DNA of 64,000 bases. Source: Nemertoderma westbladi. Lineage: Eukaryota > Animalia > Xenacoelomorpha. Made by a program: the position numbers and the translations under genes. This document shows positions 36,601 through 50,869 of this stretch, piece after piece. The stretch spans positions 490 through 64,489 of the forward strand of contig JAUCBJ010006077.1 in the NCBI GenBank assembly GCA_032718475.1. Reading direction: 5' to 3'. The notes under the pieces were generated by a model. That model saw only the letters and a list, made by a program, of their open reading frames with translations, did not search any database and had not been told where the DNA came from. The stretch's first letter is position 1. Each line of letters begins with the position of its first letter.

Positions 36601-39374
36601 ACGATGTACAACGAACATAGGGAATGCCTACTAACTGTATGTATTGTACGATGTACAACTAACATTGGGAATGCCTACTAACTGTATGTACGGTGTACAA
36701 CTAACATAGGGAATGCCTACTAACTGTATGTATTGTACGATGTACAACTAACATTGGGAATGCCTACTAACTGTATGTACGGTGTACAACTAACATTGGG
36801 AATGCCTACTAACTGTATGTACGATGTACAACGAACATTGGGAATGCCTACTAACTGTATGTACGATGTACAACTAACATAGGGAATGCCTACTAACTGT
36901 ATGTATTGTACGATGTACAACTAACATTGGGAATGCCTACTAACTGTATGTACGGTGTACAACTAACATTGGGAATGCCTACTAACTGTATGTACGATGT
37001 ACAACGAACATTGGGAATGCCTACTAACTGTATGTACGATGTACAACGAACATAGGGAATGCCTACTAACTGTATGTACGATGTACAACGAACATTGGGA
37101 ATGCCTACTAACTGTATGTACGATGTACAACGAACATAGGGAATGCCTACTAACTGTATGTATTGTACGATGTACAACTAACATTGGGAATGCCTACTAA
37201 CTGTATGTACGATGTACAACTAACATTGGGAATGCCTACTAACTGTATGTACGATGTACAACGAACATTGGGAATGCCTACTAACTGTATGTACGATGTA
37301 CAACTAACATTGGGAATGCCTACTAACTGTATGTACGATGTACAACGAACATTGGGAATGCCTACTAACTGTATATACGATGTACAACGAACATTGGGAA
37401 TGCCTACTAACTGTATGTACGATGTACAACGAACATTGGGAATGCCTACTAACTGTATATACGATGTACAACTAACATTGGGAATGCCTACTAACTGTAT
37501 GTACGATGTACAACTAACATTGGGAATGCCTACTAACTGTATGTACGATGTATAACTAACATTGGGAATGCCTACTAACTGTATGTACGGTGTACAACTA
37601 ACATTGGGAATGCCTACTAACTGTATGTATTGTACGATGTACAACTAACATTGGGAATGCCTACTAACTGTATGTACGATGTACAACGAACATAGGGAAT
37701 GCCTACTAACTGTATGTACGATGTACAACGAACATTGGGAATGCCTACTAACTGTATGTACGATGTACAACGAACATAGGGAATGCCTACTAACTGTATG
37801 TACGATGTACAACGAACATAGGGAATGCCTACTAACTGTATGTACGATGTACAACGAACATAGAGGGAATGCCTACTAACTGTATGTATTGTACGATGTA
37901 CAACTAACATTGGGAATGCCTACTAACTGTATGTACGATGTACAACTAACATTGGGAATGCCTACTAACTGTATGTACGATGTACAACGAACATAGGGAA
38001 TGCCTACTAACTGTATGTATTGTACGATGTACAACTAACATTGGGAATGCCTACTAACTGTATGTACGGTGTAGAACTAACATTGGGAATGCATACTAAC
38101 TGTATGTGCGGTGTACAACTAACATTGGGAATGCCTACTAACTGTATGTACGATGTACAACTAACATTGGGAATGCCTACTAACTGTATGTACGATGTAC
38201 AACGAACATAGGGAATGCCTACTAACTGTATGTATTGTACGATGTACAACTAACATTGGGAATGCCTACTAACTGTATGTACGGTGTACAACTAACATAG
38301 GGAATGCCTACTAACTGTATGTACGGTGTACAACTAACATTGGGAATGCCTACTAACTGTATGTACGATGTACAACTAACATTGGGAATGCCTACTAACT
38401 GTATGTACGATGTACAACGAACATTGGGAATGCCTACTAACTGTATGTACGATGTACAACGAACATTGGGAATGCCTACTAACTGTATGTACGATGTACA
38501 ACGAACATAGGGAATGCCTACTAACTGTATGTATTGTACGATGTACAACTAACATTGGGAATGCCTACTAACTGTATGTACGGTGTACAACTAACATTGA
38601 TTGGGAATGCCTACTAACTGTATGTACGGTGTACAACTAACATTGATGGGGAATGCCTACTAACTACAACGAACATTGGAAATGCCTACTAACTGTATGT
38701 ACGATGTACAACGAACATAGGGAATGCCTACTAACTGTATGTATTGTACGATGTACAACGAGCATTGGGAATGCCTACTAACTGTATGTACGATGTACAA
38801 CTAACATTGGGAATGCCTACTAACTGTATGTACGATGTACAACGAACATTGGGAATGCCTACTAACTGTATGTACGATGTACAACTAACATTGGGAATGC
38901 CTACTAACTGTATGTACGATGTACAACGAACATTGGGAATGCCTACTAACTGTATGTACGGTGTACAACTAACATTGGGAATGCCTACTAACTGTATGTA
39001 CGATGTACAACTAACATTGATGGGGAATGCCTACTAACTGTATGTACGATGTACAACTAACATGGGAATGTCTACTAACTGTATGTACGATGTACAACGA
39101 ACATTGGGAATGCCTACTAACTGTATGTACGATGTACAACGAACATTGGGAATGCCTACTAACTGTATGTACGATGTACAACGAACATTGGGAATGCCTA
39201 CTAACTGTATGTACGATGTACAACGAACATTGGGAATTCCATACTAACTGTATGTACGATGTACAACGAACATTGGGAATGCCTACTAACTGTATGTACG
39301 ATGTACAACGAACATAGGGAATGCCTACTAACTGTATGTATTGTACGATGTACAACTAACATTGGGAATGCCTA
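33623..39374. repeat. 42-bp satellite (~135 copies) with 47-bp variants and higher-order structure
   Basis: Unit AAC(T/G)AACAT(T/A)GGGAATGCCTACTAACTGTATGTACGATGTAC; periodic +TATTG variant. Confidence 0.97.
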
Positions 39375-42139
39375 TTGTAAGTAGGCCTACGACGTACGAA
39401 CGGTAATAAATTGATTTATAGATAAATTATTATGGATAATCGAATAATAATATCATTTTGGAATTCAACTGATTATTCAAGTACGTTAAGTACCGGTACC
39501 GGAAAAAAAACCTCACCCGGTAGGTGGTATTCAACGTCTAAACATGACCTTTAATACAGTCAGCCAACCTCTATTGGGTCCGAGTGGAGACACTACACTA
39601 TGTGGTTGAGCAGTCTTACCCTGTTCAGGTTCACTTCCTTCTTCGGCAGTCCCATCCTGCTCTTATCTTACCGCGTTCGGACAAGCATTGAATGTTGTGT
39701 CCAACATATCCCCCCTTACAATAGGGACACGACGAAGACCCTGTCCGGGACAAGATATTTCAGTGATGGGGAAGACTGGCGCAGTTTATATTGATAAAAA
39801 CAAACCGAACTTGTCGTGGGGTGTGTATTGGTATGAGACAGACGCCCTAACCTTCCAACCAACAGGTCGGTCGCACGACCTCGGTACCTAAACTTAGAGA
39901 TAGTGTGCCTGTGATCTTCAACGGCCGTATGGTCCTCCGGGTCAATAAGGCAGGCGTTAACTTGTAACGGCAGTATTAAACAACGAAATACCTAGTAAAC
40001 AATCACATAGGCGATATGGCCTACTACAGAACAAAATTTAAAAGCCTTAATCAAAATGTTGGGTTTGTTGAATTACAATCAATCATTCCATTTACTGTAC
40101 GGCGATATTTATATAACATCCGCCCCGAAATAAAAAGCTAAATAAAATAATTCGCGAAATTATAGCAATTACGACAGGATTTTAATACTCCTTGATATTG
40201 ATAATAATATGAGAATTAGCATTAAGCATATACAGCACAACACGCCTTACATATTTAATATGAAATTACTATGCATTATTAACATTATTATATATTATAA
40301 ATATCAACATTAGTTATACCGAACACACAAACCGAGCATAACCGAGCACGTAACCGAGCATACGTGTGAGTTAAATCTAATTAAATAGGCACGTAATAAT
40401 TAAATAGGAATGTAATAATCACAAAACCAATTAGGGCTCTAATTTTTATGCCAAATAATAAAATAAGTGTACAAACTAATGACAAGCCAAAACAAATAAT
40501 ATAAAACTGCCTAATAGTATGTTTGATAACATCAGAACAAATAGGAGTATAAGTGATATAATAATCAAATTCCATCAAATCAAAACTATGAATTAGAGTC
40601 CAGCGAAAAACACGCGGATTTATTTTCCATGAATTGGCCACTTTTTCATTTTTCGAAATTTAATTTGCGTGATTCTTTAATTATTGATCTGGTGATTTTT
40701 AATTAAAATTGGAAATTAGCAGATTGCGATTTTGGAAGGATTAAATACCGCCGATCCAATCGTGTTTCGTCATATCATTAACTGAGAGGTTCTAATGAAT
40801 ACAAACATTCATTAGCCTTTATACCAATTACACTTCTCAAGGCATTATTTATTATTATTTATTTTCAGTTAATTATGGAAATTGTCGCAAATGAAGTTAC
40901 AATATTCTATATTTAAATTATAAAATACTGCAAATATTCATGTAAAGTCGCAGGGTCAACATGTGTTTGACCACCGGACTTTAACGCTTGGGGTACAAAA
41001 ATATACAAAAAGAACAAAAACTACAAGATAATTCCATCTTCTTTCTCATTATCATTAATCTGGAAATTGATTTATTGATATTAAATAAATATGTAACAAC
41101 CCGTGTTAGTAGAAAACAATTCAATTGGCAAAATTGTTGTACGCTTCAACATAGCAAATGTATGATGTGGTGCTGATTTATCCATTACAAAATATGCCAA
41201 AATAAGATTTCGCTGCTACAGTCAGTCATAAATTAAAATACATAATATTATTAAATCAATAAGTGTTTAATTTACTTATAGTTTGTGTTAGATTTAAAAA
41301 TATAAAAAAAAAAACGAAAATTACCCACTGTTACAATTACAACGATATAAAAAATACAAATAAAATATTATTATTGAAGTATAAAAAAACATCAATGTAT
41401 TTACCAGAAAACTTACAATAATACGACCCAACTACAAATCAGGGCCATGATAAATACGTTTTATCTAAATAATTAGAGAGTTCGACTATCAGATCATTAG
41501 TACAAAAAATTACTTGGTAATGTTAAAAGATGTCCACCCCACGTAGATAATGGTAGGTTTCAAAATGGTAGTGAAAATCATCTCAACACACCCGGTGAAA
41601 AATAATTGAAACCATAATGTTGATGAGACAATGGAAGAACTTAAAGGTTATTTAAACGTTGGCTGTGGGTGTTGGACGATGGATTATTTATTATATCCTA
41701 TAAAGTAATGAAGTTGTGTGGCTCAAGCCTCTCCGGCAAAAAGTAAATCGATGAAAAAACAAGTTACACAAAAAATGGACCCCCAATAGACCAGACCAAG
41801 AGATTGGGGGGTGGGGGGGATTCACGCAAGTGTATATCAATATCCCGCCTCCGGTGAATCAACAATGTTACATATGAATTTAGGGAAAGGAGCAGGTTAC
41901 AGTGGCACGCCCCCACCCCCCCCCCCCCCCCCCCCCAACCACACGTGATGAGAAAATCAGGTCTATCTATACAATTAAAAAATAAAAAAGCACCAAAGAA
42001 AAGTACACTATATGGTTTATGAGTTTAAATAAATAAACTTATCATTCCGTCTGTTACAAACTAAAAGGTAGATACAGATACGTCACTATAAAGATTTTAC
42101 ATATAAAGGCACTGGAGTAGATTTAGTTGAAGTTTCTTT

Positions 42140-45100
42140 GCACAACATTGGAGATACATGAGATTCTATAGAGACAGGTTGGTTAAATACTTACTGTTAC
42201 TATCACTGAACGCACAATATTGGAGATACATGAGATTCTATAGAGACAGGTTGGTTAACACTTACTGTTACTATCACTGAACGCACAACATTGGAGATAC
42301 ATGAGATTCTATAGAGACAGGTTGGTTAACACTTACTGTTACTATCACTGAACGCACAACATTGGAGATACATGAGATTCTATAGAGACAGGTTGGTTAA
42401 ATACTTACTGTTACTATCACTGAACGCACAACATTGGAGATACATGAGATTCTATAGAGACAGGTTGGTTAACACTTACTGTTACTATCACTGAACGCAC
42501 AATATTGGAGATACATGAGATTCTATAGAGACAGGTTGGTTAACACTTACTGTTACTATCACTGAACGCACAATATTGGAGATACATGAGATTCTATAGA
42601 GACAGGTTGGTTAAATACTTACTGTTACTATCACTGAACGCACAATATTGGAGATACATGAGATTCTATAGAGACAGGTTGGTTAAATACGTACTGTTAC
42701 TATCACTGAACGCACAATATTGGAGATACATGAGATTCTATAGAGACAGGTTGGTTAAATACTTACTGTTACTATCACTGAACGCACAATATTGGAGATA
42801 CATGAGATTCTATAGAGACAGGTTGGTTAACACTTACTGTTACTATCACTGAACGCACAACATTGGAGATACATGAGATTCTATAGAGACAGGTTGGTTA
42901 ACACTTACTGTTACTATCACTGATCGCACAATATTGGAGATACATGAGATTCTATAGAGACAGGTTGGTTAAATACTTACTGTTACTATCACTGAACGCA
43001 CAATATTGGAGATACATGAGATTCTATAGAGACAGGTTGGTTAAACTTACTGTTACTATCACTGAACGCACAATATTGGAGATACATGAGATTCTATAGA
43101 GACAGGTTGGTTAACACTTACTGTTACTATCACTGAACGCACAACATTGGAGATACATGAGATTCTATAGAGACAGGTTGGTTAACACTTACTGTTACTA
43201 TCACTGAACGCACAATATTGGAGATACATGAGATTCTATAGAGACAGGTTGGTTAAATACTTACTGTTACTATCACTGAACGCACAATATTGGAGATACA
43301 TGAGATTCTATAGAGACAGGTTGGTTAAATACTTACTGTTACTATCACTGAACGCACAATATTGGAGATACATGAGATTCTATAGAGACAGGTTGGTTAA
43401 ATACTTACTGTTACTATCACTGAACGCACAATATTGGAGATACATGAGATTCTATAGAGACAGGTTGGTTAAATACTTACTGTTACTATCACTGAACGCA
43501 CAACATTGGAGATACATGAGATTCTATAGAGACAGGTTGGTTAAATACTTACTGTTACTATCACTGAACGCACAATATTGGAGATACATGAGATTCTATA
43601 GAGACAGGTTGGTTAAATACTTACTGTTACTATCACTGAACGCACAATATTGGAGATACATGAGATTCTATAGAGACAGGTTGGTTAAATACTTACTGTT
43701 ACTATCACTGAACGCACAATATTGGAGATACATGAGATTCTATAGAGACAGGTTGGTTAAATACTTACTGTTACTATCACTGAACGCACAATATTGGAGA
43801 TACATGAGATTCTATAGAGACAGGTTGGTTAAATACTTACTGTTACTATCACTGAACGCACAATATTGGAGATACATGAGATTCTATAGAGACAGGTTGG
43901 TTAACACTTACTGTTACTATCACTGATCGCACAATATTGGAGATACATGAGATTCTATAGAGACAGGTTGGTTAAATACTTACTGTTACTATCACTGAAC
44001 GCACAACATTGGAGATACATGAGATTCTATAGAGACAGGTTGGTTAAATACTTACTGTTACTATCACTGATCGCACAACATTGGAGATACATGAGATTCT
44101 ATAGAGACAGGTTGGTTAAATACTTACTGTTACTATCACTGAACGCACAATATTGGAGATACATGAGATTCTATAGAGACAGGTTGGTTAACACTTACTG
44201 TTACTATCACTGAACGCACAACATTGGAGATACATGAGATTCTATAGAGACAGGTTGGTTAACACTTACTGTTACTATCACTGAACGCACAACATTGGAG
44301 ATACATGAGATTCTATAGAGACAGGTTGGTTAAATACTTACTGTTACTATCACTGAACGCACAATATTGGAGATACATGAGATTCTATAGAGACAGGTTG
44401 GTTAAATACTTACTGTTACTATCACTGAACGCACAATATTGGAGATACATGAGATTCTATAGAGACAGGTTGGTTAACACTTACTGTTACTATCACTGAA
44501 CGCACAACATTGGAGATACATGAGATTCTATAGAGACAGGTTGGTTAAATACTTACTGTTACTATCACTGAACGCACAATATTGGAGATACATGAGATTC
44601 TATAGAGACAGGTTGGTTAACACTTACTGTTACTATCACTGAACGCACAACATTGGAGATACATGAGATTCTATAGAGACAGGTTGGTTAACACTTACTG
44701 TTACTATCACTGAACGCACAACATTGGAGATACATGAGATTCTATAGAGACAGGTTGGTTAAATACTTACTGTTACTATCACTGAACGCACAATATTGGA
44801 GATACATGAGATTCTATAGAGACAGGTTGGTTAAATACTTACTGTTACTATCACTGAACGCACAATATTGGAGATACATGAGATTCTATAGAGACAGGTT
44901 GGTTAACACTTACTGTTACTATCACTGAACGCACAACATTGGAGATACATGAGATTCTATAGAGACAGGTTGGTTAACACTTACTGTTACTATCACTGAA
45001 CGCACAATATTGGAGATACATGAGATTCTATAGAGACAGGTTGGTTAAATACTTACTGTTACTATCACTGAACGCACAATATTGGAGATACATGAGATTC

Positions 45101-48100
45101 TATAGAGACAGGTTGGTTAAATACTTACTGTTACTATCACTGAACGCACAACATTGGAGATACATGAGATTCTATAGAGACAGGTTGGTTAAATACTTAC
45201 TGTTACTATCACTGAACGCACAACATTGGAGATACATGAGATTCTATAGAGACAGGTTGGTTAAATACTTACTGTTACTATCACTGAACGCACAATATTG
45301 GAGATACATGAGATTCTATAGAGACAGGTTGGTTAAATACTTACTGTTACTATCACTGAACGCACAATATTGGAGATACATGAGATTCTATAGAGACAGG
45401 TTGGTTAACACTTACTGTTACTATCACTGAACGCACAATATTGGAGATACATGAGATTCTATAGAGACAGGTTGGTTAAATACTTACTGTTACTATCACT
45501 GAACGCACAACATTGGAGATACATGAGATTCTATAGAGACAGGTTGGTTAAATACTTACTGTTACTATCACTGAACGCACAATATTGGAGATACATGAGA
45601 TTCTATAGAGACAGGTTGGTTAAATACTTACTGTTACTATCACTGAACGCACAACATTGGAGATACATGAGATTCTATAGAGACAGGTTGGTTAAATACT
45701 TACTGTTACTATCACTGAACGCACAACATTGGAGATACATGAGATTCTATAGAGACAGGTTGGTTAAATACTTACTGTTACAATCACTGAACGCACAATA
45801 TTGGAGATACATGAGATTCTATAGAGACAGGTTGGTTAAATACTTACTGTTACTATCACTGAACGCACAATATTGGAGATACATGAGATTCTATAGAGAC
45901 AGGTTGGTTAAATACTTACTGTTACTATCACTGAACGCACAATATTGGAGATACATGAGATTCTATAGAGACAGGTTGGTTAAATACTTACTGTTACAAT
46001 CACTGAACGCACAATATTGGAGATACATGAGATTCTATAGAGACAGGTTGGTTAAATACTTACTGTTACTATCACTGAACGCACAATATTGGAGATACAT
46101 GAGATTCTATAGAGACAGGTTGGTTAAATACTTACTGTTACAATCACTGAACGCACAATATTGGAGATACATGAGATTCTATAGAGACAGGTTGGTTAAA
46201 TACTTACTGTTACTATCACTGAACGCACAATATTGGAGATACATGAGATTCTATAGAGACAGGTTGGTTAAATACTTACTGTTACAATCACTGAACGCAC
46301 AATATTGGAGATACATGAGATTCTATAGAGACAGGTTGGTTAAATACTTACTGTTACTATCACTGAACGCACAATATTGGAGATACATGAGATTCTATAG
46401 AGACAGGTTGGTTAAATACTTACTGTTACTATCACTGAACGCACAATATTGGAGATACATGAGATTCTATAGAGACAGGTTGGTTAAATACTTACTGTTA
46501 CTATCACTGAACGCACAATATTGGAGATACATGAGATTCTATAGAGACAGGTTGGTTAAATACTTACTGTTACTATCACTGAACGCACAATATTGGAGAT
46601 ACATGAGATTCTATAGAGACAGGTTGGTTAAATACTTACTGTTACTATCACTGAACGCACAATATTGGAGATACATGAGATTCTATAGAGACAGGTTGGT
46701 TAAATACTTACTGTTACTATCACTGAACGCACAACATTGGAGATACATGAGATTCTATAGAGACAGGTTGGTTAACACTTACTGTTACTATCACTGAACG
46801 CACAATATTGGAGATACATGAGATTCTATAGAGACAGGTTGGTTAAATACTTACTGTTACTATCACTGAACGCACAATATTGGAGATACATGAGATTCTA
46901 TAGAGACAGGTTGGTTAAATACTTACTGTTACTATCACTGAACGCACAATATTGGAGATACATGAGATTCTATAGAGACAGGTTGGTTAAATACTTACTG
47001 TTACTATCACTGAACGCACAATATTGGAGATACATGAGATTCTATAGAGACAGGTTGGTTAAATACTTACTGTTACTATCACTGAACGCACAATATTGGA
47101 GATACATGAGATTCTATAGAGACAGGTTGGTTAAATACTTACTGTTACTATCACTGAACGCACAATATTGGAGATACATGAGATTCTATAGAGACAGGTT
47201 GGTTAAATACTTACTGTTACTATCACTGAACGCACAATATTGGAGATACATGAGATTCTATAGAGACAGGTTGGTTAAATACTTACTGTTACTATCACTG
47301 AACGCACAATATTGGAGATACATGAGATTCTATAGAGACAGGTTGGTTAAATACTTACTGTTACTATCACTGAACGCACAATATTGGAGATACATGAGAT
47401 TCTATAGAGACAGGTTGGTTAAATACTTACTGTTACTATCACTGAACGCACAATATTGGAGATACATGAGATTCTATAGAGACAGGTTGGTTAAATACTT
47501 ACTGTTACTATCACTGAACGCACAATATTGGAGATACATGAGATTCTATAGAGACAGGTTGGTTAAATACTTACTGTTACTATCACTGAACGCACAATAT
47601 TGGAGATACATGAGATTCTATAGAGACAGGTTGGTTAAATACTTACTGTTACAATCACTGAACGCACAATATTGGAGATACATGAGATTCTATAGAGACA
47701 GGTTGGTTAAATACTTACTGTTACTATCACTGAACGCACAACATTGGAGATACATGAGATTCTATAGAGACAGGTTGGTTAAATACTTACTGTTACAATC
47801 ACTGAACGCACAATATTGGAGATACATGAGATTCTATAGAGACAGGTTGGTTAACACTTACTGTTACTATCACTGAACGCACAATATTGGAGATACATGA
47901 GATTCTATAGAGACAGGTTGGTTAAATACTTACTGTTACTATCACTGAACGCACAATATTGGAGATACATGAGATTCTATAGAGACAGGTTGGTTAAATA
48001 CTTACTGTTACTATCACTGAACGCACAATATTGGAGATACATGAGATTCTATAGAGACAGGTTGGTTAAATACTTACTGTTACTATCACTGAACGCACAA

Positions 48101-48808
48101 TATTGGAGATACATGAGATTCTATAGAGACAGGTTGGTTAAATACTTACTGTTACTATCACTGAACGCACAATATTGGAGATACATGAGATTCTATAGAG
48201 ACAGGTTGGTTAAATACTTACTGTTACAATCACTGAACGCACAATATTGGAGATACATGAGATTCTATAGAGACAGGTTGGTTAACACTTACTGTTACTA
48301 TCACTGATCGCACAACATTGGAGATACATGAGATTCTATAGAGACAGGTTGGTTAAATACTTACTGTTACTATCACTGAACGCACAACATTGGAGATACA
48401 TGAGATTCTATAGAGACAGGTTGGTTAAATACTTACTGTTACTATCACTGAACGCACAATATTGGAGATACATGAGATTCTATAGAGACAGGTTGGTTAA
48501 ATACTTACTGTTACTATCACTGAACGCACAACATTGGAGATACATGAGATTCTATAGAGACAGGTTGGTTAAATACTTACTGTTACTATCACTGAACGCA
48601 CAATATTGGAGATACATGAGATTCTATAGAGACAGGTTGGTTAAATACTTACTGTTACTATCACTGAAAGCACAATATTGGAGATACATGAGATTCTATA
48701 GAGACAGGTTGGTTAAATACTTACTGTTACTATCACTGAACGCACAATATTGGAGATACATGAAATTCTATAGAGACAGGTTGGTTAAATACTTACTGTT
48801 ACTATCAC
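42140..48808. repeat. 72-bp satellite (~93 copies, some 71-bp variants)
   Basis: Unit GCACAA(T/C)ATTGGAGATACATGAGATTCTATAGAGACAGGTTGGTTAAATACTTACTGTTACTATCACTGAAC. Confidence 0.97.
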
Positions 48809-48920
48809 ACAGACAGACAGTACTACTTGCTGGATCATCTGAAACTGGTAATAAAAGCGGTTAGATTGTTAAAAATATAAAACTTCGGAAGGCGGACTTA
48901 GTTAGACTTAGATAGTACCG

Positions 48921-49849
48921 GTAGCTGTATGTTAGTAGCTGTATGTTAGTAGCTGTATGTTAGTAGCTGTATGTTAGTAGCTGTATGTTAGTAGCTGTAT
49001 GTTAGTAGCTGTATGTTAGCAGCTGTATGTTAGTAGCTGTATGTTAGTAGCTGTATGTTAGTAGCTGTATGTTAGTAGCCGTATGTTAGTAGCTGTATGT
49101 TAGTAGCTGTATGTTAGTAGCTGTATGTTAGTAGCTGTATGTTAGTAGCTGTATGTTAGTAGCTGTATGTTAGTAGCTGTATGTTAGTAGCTGTATGTTA
49201 GTAGCTGTATGTTAGTAGCTGTATGTTAGTAGCTGTATGTTAGTAGCTGTATGTTAGTAGCTGTATGTTAGTAGCTGTATGTTAGTAGCTGTATGTTAGT
49301 AGCTGTATGTTAGTAGCTGTATGTTAGTAGCTGTATGTTAGTAGCTGTATGTTAGTAGCTGTATGTTAGTAGCTGTATGTTAGTAGCTGTATGTTAGTAG
49401 CTGTATGTAAGTAGCTGTATGTAAGTAGCTGTATGTTAGTAGCTGTATGTTAGTAGCTGTATGTTAGTAGCTGTATGTTAGTAGCTGTATGTTAGTAGCT
49501 GTATGTTAGTAGCTGTATGTTAGTAGCTGTATGTTAGTAGCTGTATGTTAGTAGCCGTATGTTAGTAGCTGTATGTTAGTAGCTGTATGTTAGTAGCTGT
49601 ATGTTAGTAGCTGTATGTTAGTAGCTGTATGTTAGTAGCTGTATGTTAGTAGCTGTATGTTAGTAGCTGTATGTTAGTAGCTGTATGTTAGTAGCTGTAT
49701 GTTAGTAGCTGTATGTTAGTAGCTGTATGTTAGTAGCTGTATGTTAGTAGCTGTATGTTAGTAGCTGTATGTTAGTAGCTGTATGTTAGTAGCTGTATGT
49801 TAGTAGCTGTATGTTAGTAGCTGTATGTTAGTAGCTGTATGTTAGTAGC
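48921..49849. repeat. 14-bp tandem array (~66 copies) just 3' of the copine C stop
   Basis: Unit GTAGCTGTATGTTA (minus strand CTACTAACATACAG). Confidence 0.97.
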
Positions 49850-49870
49850 GGTGTGGTAGATCTATGTATC

Positions 49871-50869
49871 TTACGCTGGAGGTTGCGAATAGGGTAAACC
49901 CACGACGGGTTTAGGCTGGATGCCTCTGTTCTTCATGTAGCCGGTAACTTGTTCGGGAATCTCCTCCAACACTTCCTTGGCGAGTTGGGCCTCGGCGACG
50001 TAAACCGAGCGGCCGCCCGTCGCCGCGTTAATGTGATTCTTAAACGGGACGAACTGAACGATATCGCGCTCTGCCTCCCGACCTTGGAAAGCCACCCGCA
50101 CCTCGTCCCCGTCCAGGATCTCCATCGCGGCGAAGTCAGCCTCCCCAACGCCGACGATGATGATGGACATTGGCAAGGAGGCGGCGTCCACAACAGCCTT
50201 GAGGGTGTGCTGCATATCTGATATGATACCGTCGGTAATGATTAAAAGTATAAAGTATTCCGTTCCGTCCTGTTTCTCTCGCGCGAATCGGGCCACGTGG
50301 TTGATCACGGGGCTGAAGTTAGTGGGTCCGTAGAGTTGAACGCTGTGTGCGGCCGTGTTGTAGGCTTCCAGGATGCCCTGGACGCCGCTGACGAACGGGT
50401 TGGTAGGGTGCCCGTTGAGGAAGAACTCATGGGAGACCTGCCCGGTCTGGGGGATACGCGCGCCGAAACCGAGACAAGGGAAGAGTTTATCCGTGTCGTA
50501 ATCCTGGATAATCTTACCGACTGCTTGGATGGCCATTTGGTAAGGGTTGGGTCTATTGGGGTCTATGTAATGCAACGAGTTATATTGTCTGGGGTCCCCG
50601 TTTGAGGCTGTAAAGTCTATGGCTACAGTAAAGGCTAGCTGCAATCCGCCTCTTACGAACTCCAAGAAGGAATGGCATCGTTCTACAGAACACATATCTA
50701 CCTTGAGTCTCCCTGAGTTGGAATATTTCCCTTTGGATTTTTTCTTATTAGGGTTGATTAAATCAAACGTGGTAACCCCACTAGAAGCTGCCTCCAAGTC
50801 GTTAACAGTAACGAAACATTCTCCTATTAGTTTGTGGCTTTGAGTTCTATTCCAGTCGTAACACTCAAT
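49871..50869 (-). CDS. CPNE: Copine paralog C, exon 2 (end of C2B + VWA)
   Basis: Acceptor ttcag|ATT; AIDFTASNGDP, QDYDTDKLFP, YGPTNFSPVI, ITDG, LDGD, RDIVQFVPF, VLEEIPEQ. Confidence 0.95.
   Translation of the reverse strand: MECYDWNRTQSHKLIGECFVTVNDLEAASSGVTTFDLINPNKKKSKGKYSNSGRLKVDMCSVERCHSFLEFVRGGLQLAFTVAIDFTASNGDPRQYNSLHYIDPNRPNPYQMAIQAVGKIIQDYDTDKLFPCLGFGARIPQTGQVSHEFFLNGHPTNPFVSGVQGILEAYNTAAHSVQLYGPTNFSPVINHVARFAREKQDGTEYFILLIITDGIISDMQHTLKAVVDAASLPMSIIIVGVGEADFAAMEILDGDEVRVAFQGREAERDIVQFVPFKNHINAATGGRSVYVAEAQLAKEVLEEIPEQVTGYMKNRGIQPKPVVGLPYSQPPA

Noticed and set aside
33561-39355. ORFs in the 42-bp satellite on both strands
   Set aside because: Unit length is divisible by 3; frames are broken by 47-bp variants
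39540-39960. GC-richer patch, possibly a transposase or exon relic
   Set aside because: No convincing motif in the frames I examined
42586-48864. Long ORFs (RFYRDRLVKYLLLLSLNAQYWRYM)n
   Set aside because: By-product of a 72-bp unit; repeatedly broken by 71-bp variants; no unique domains
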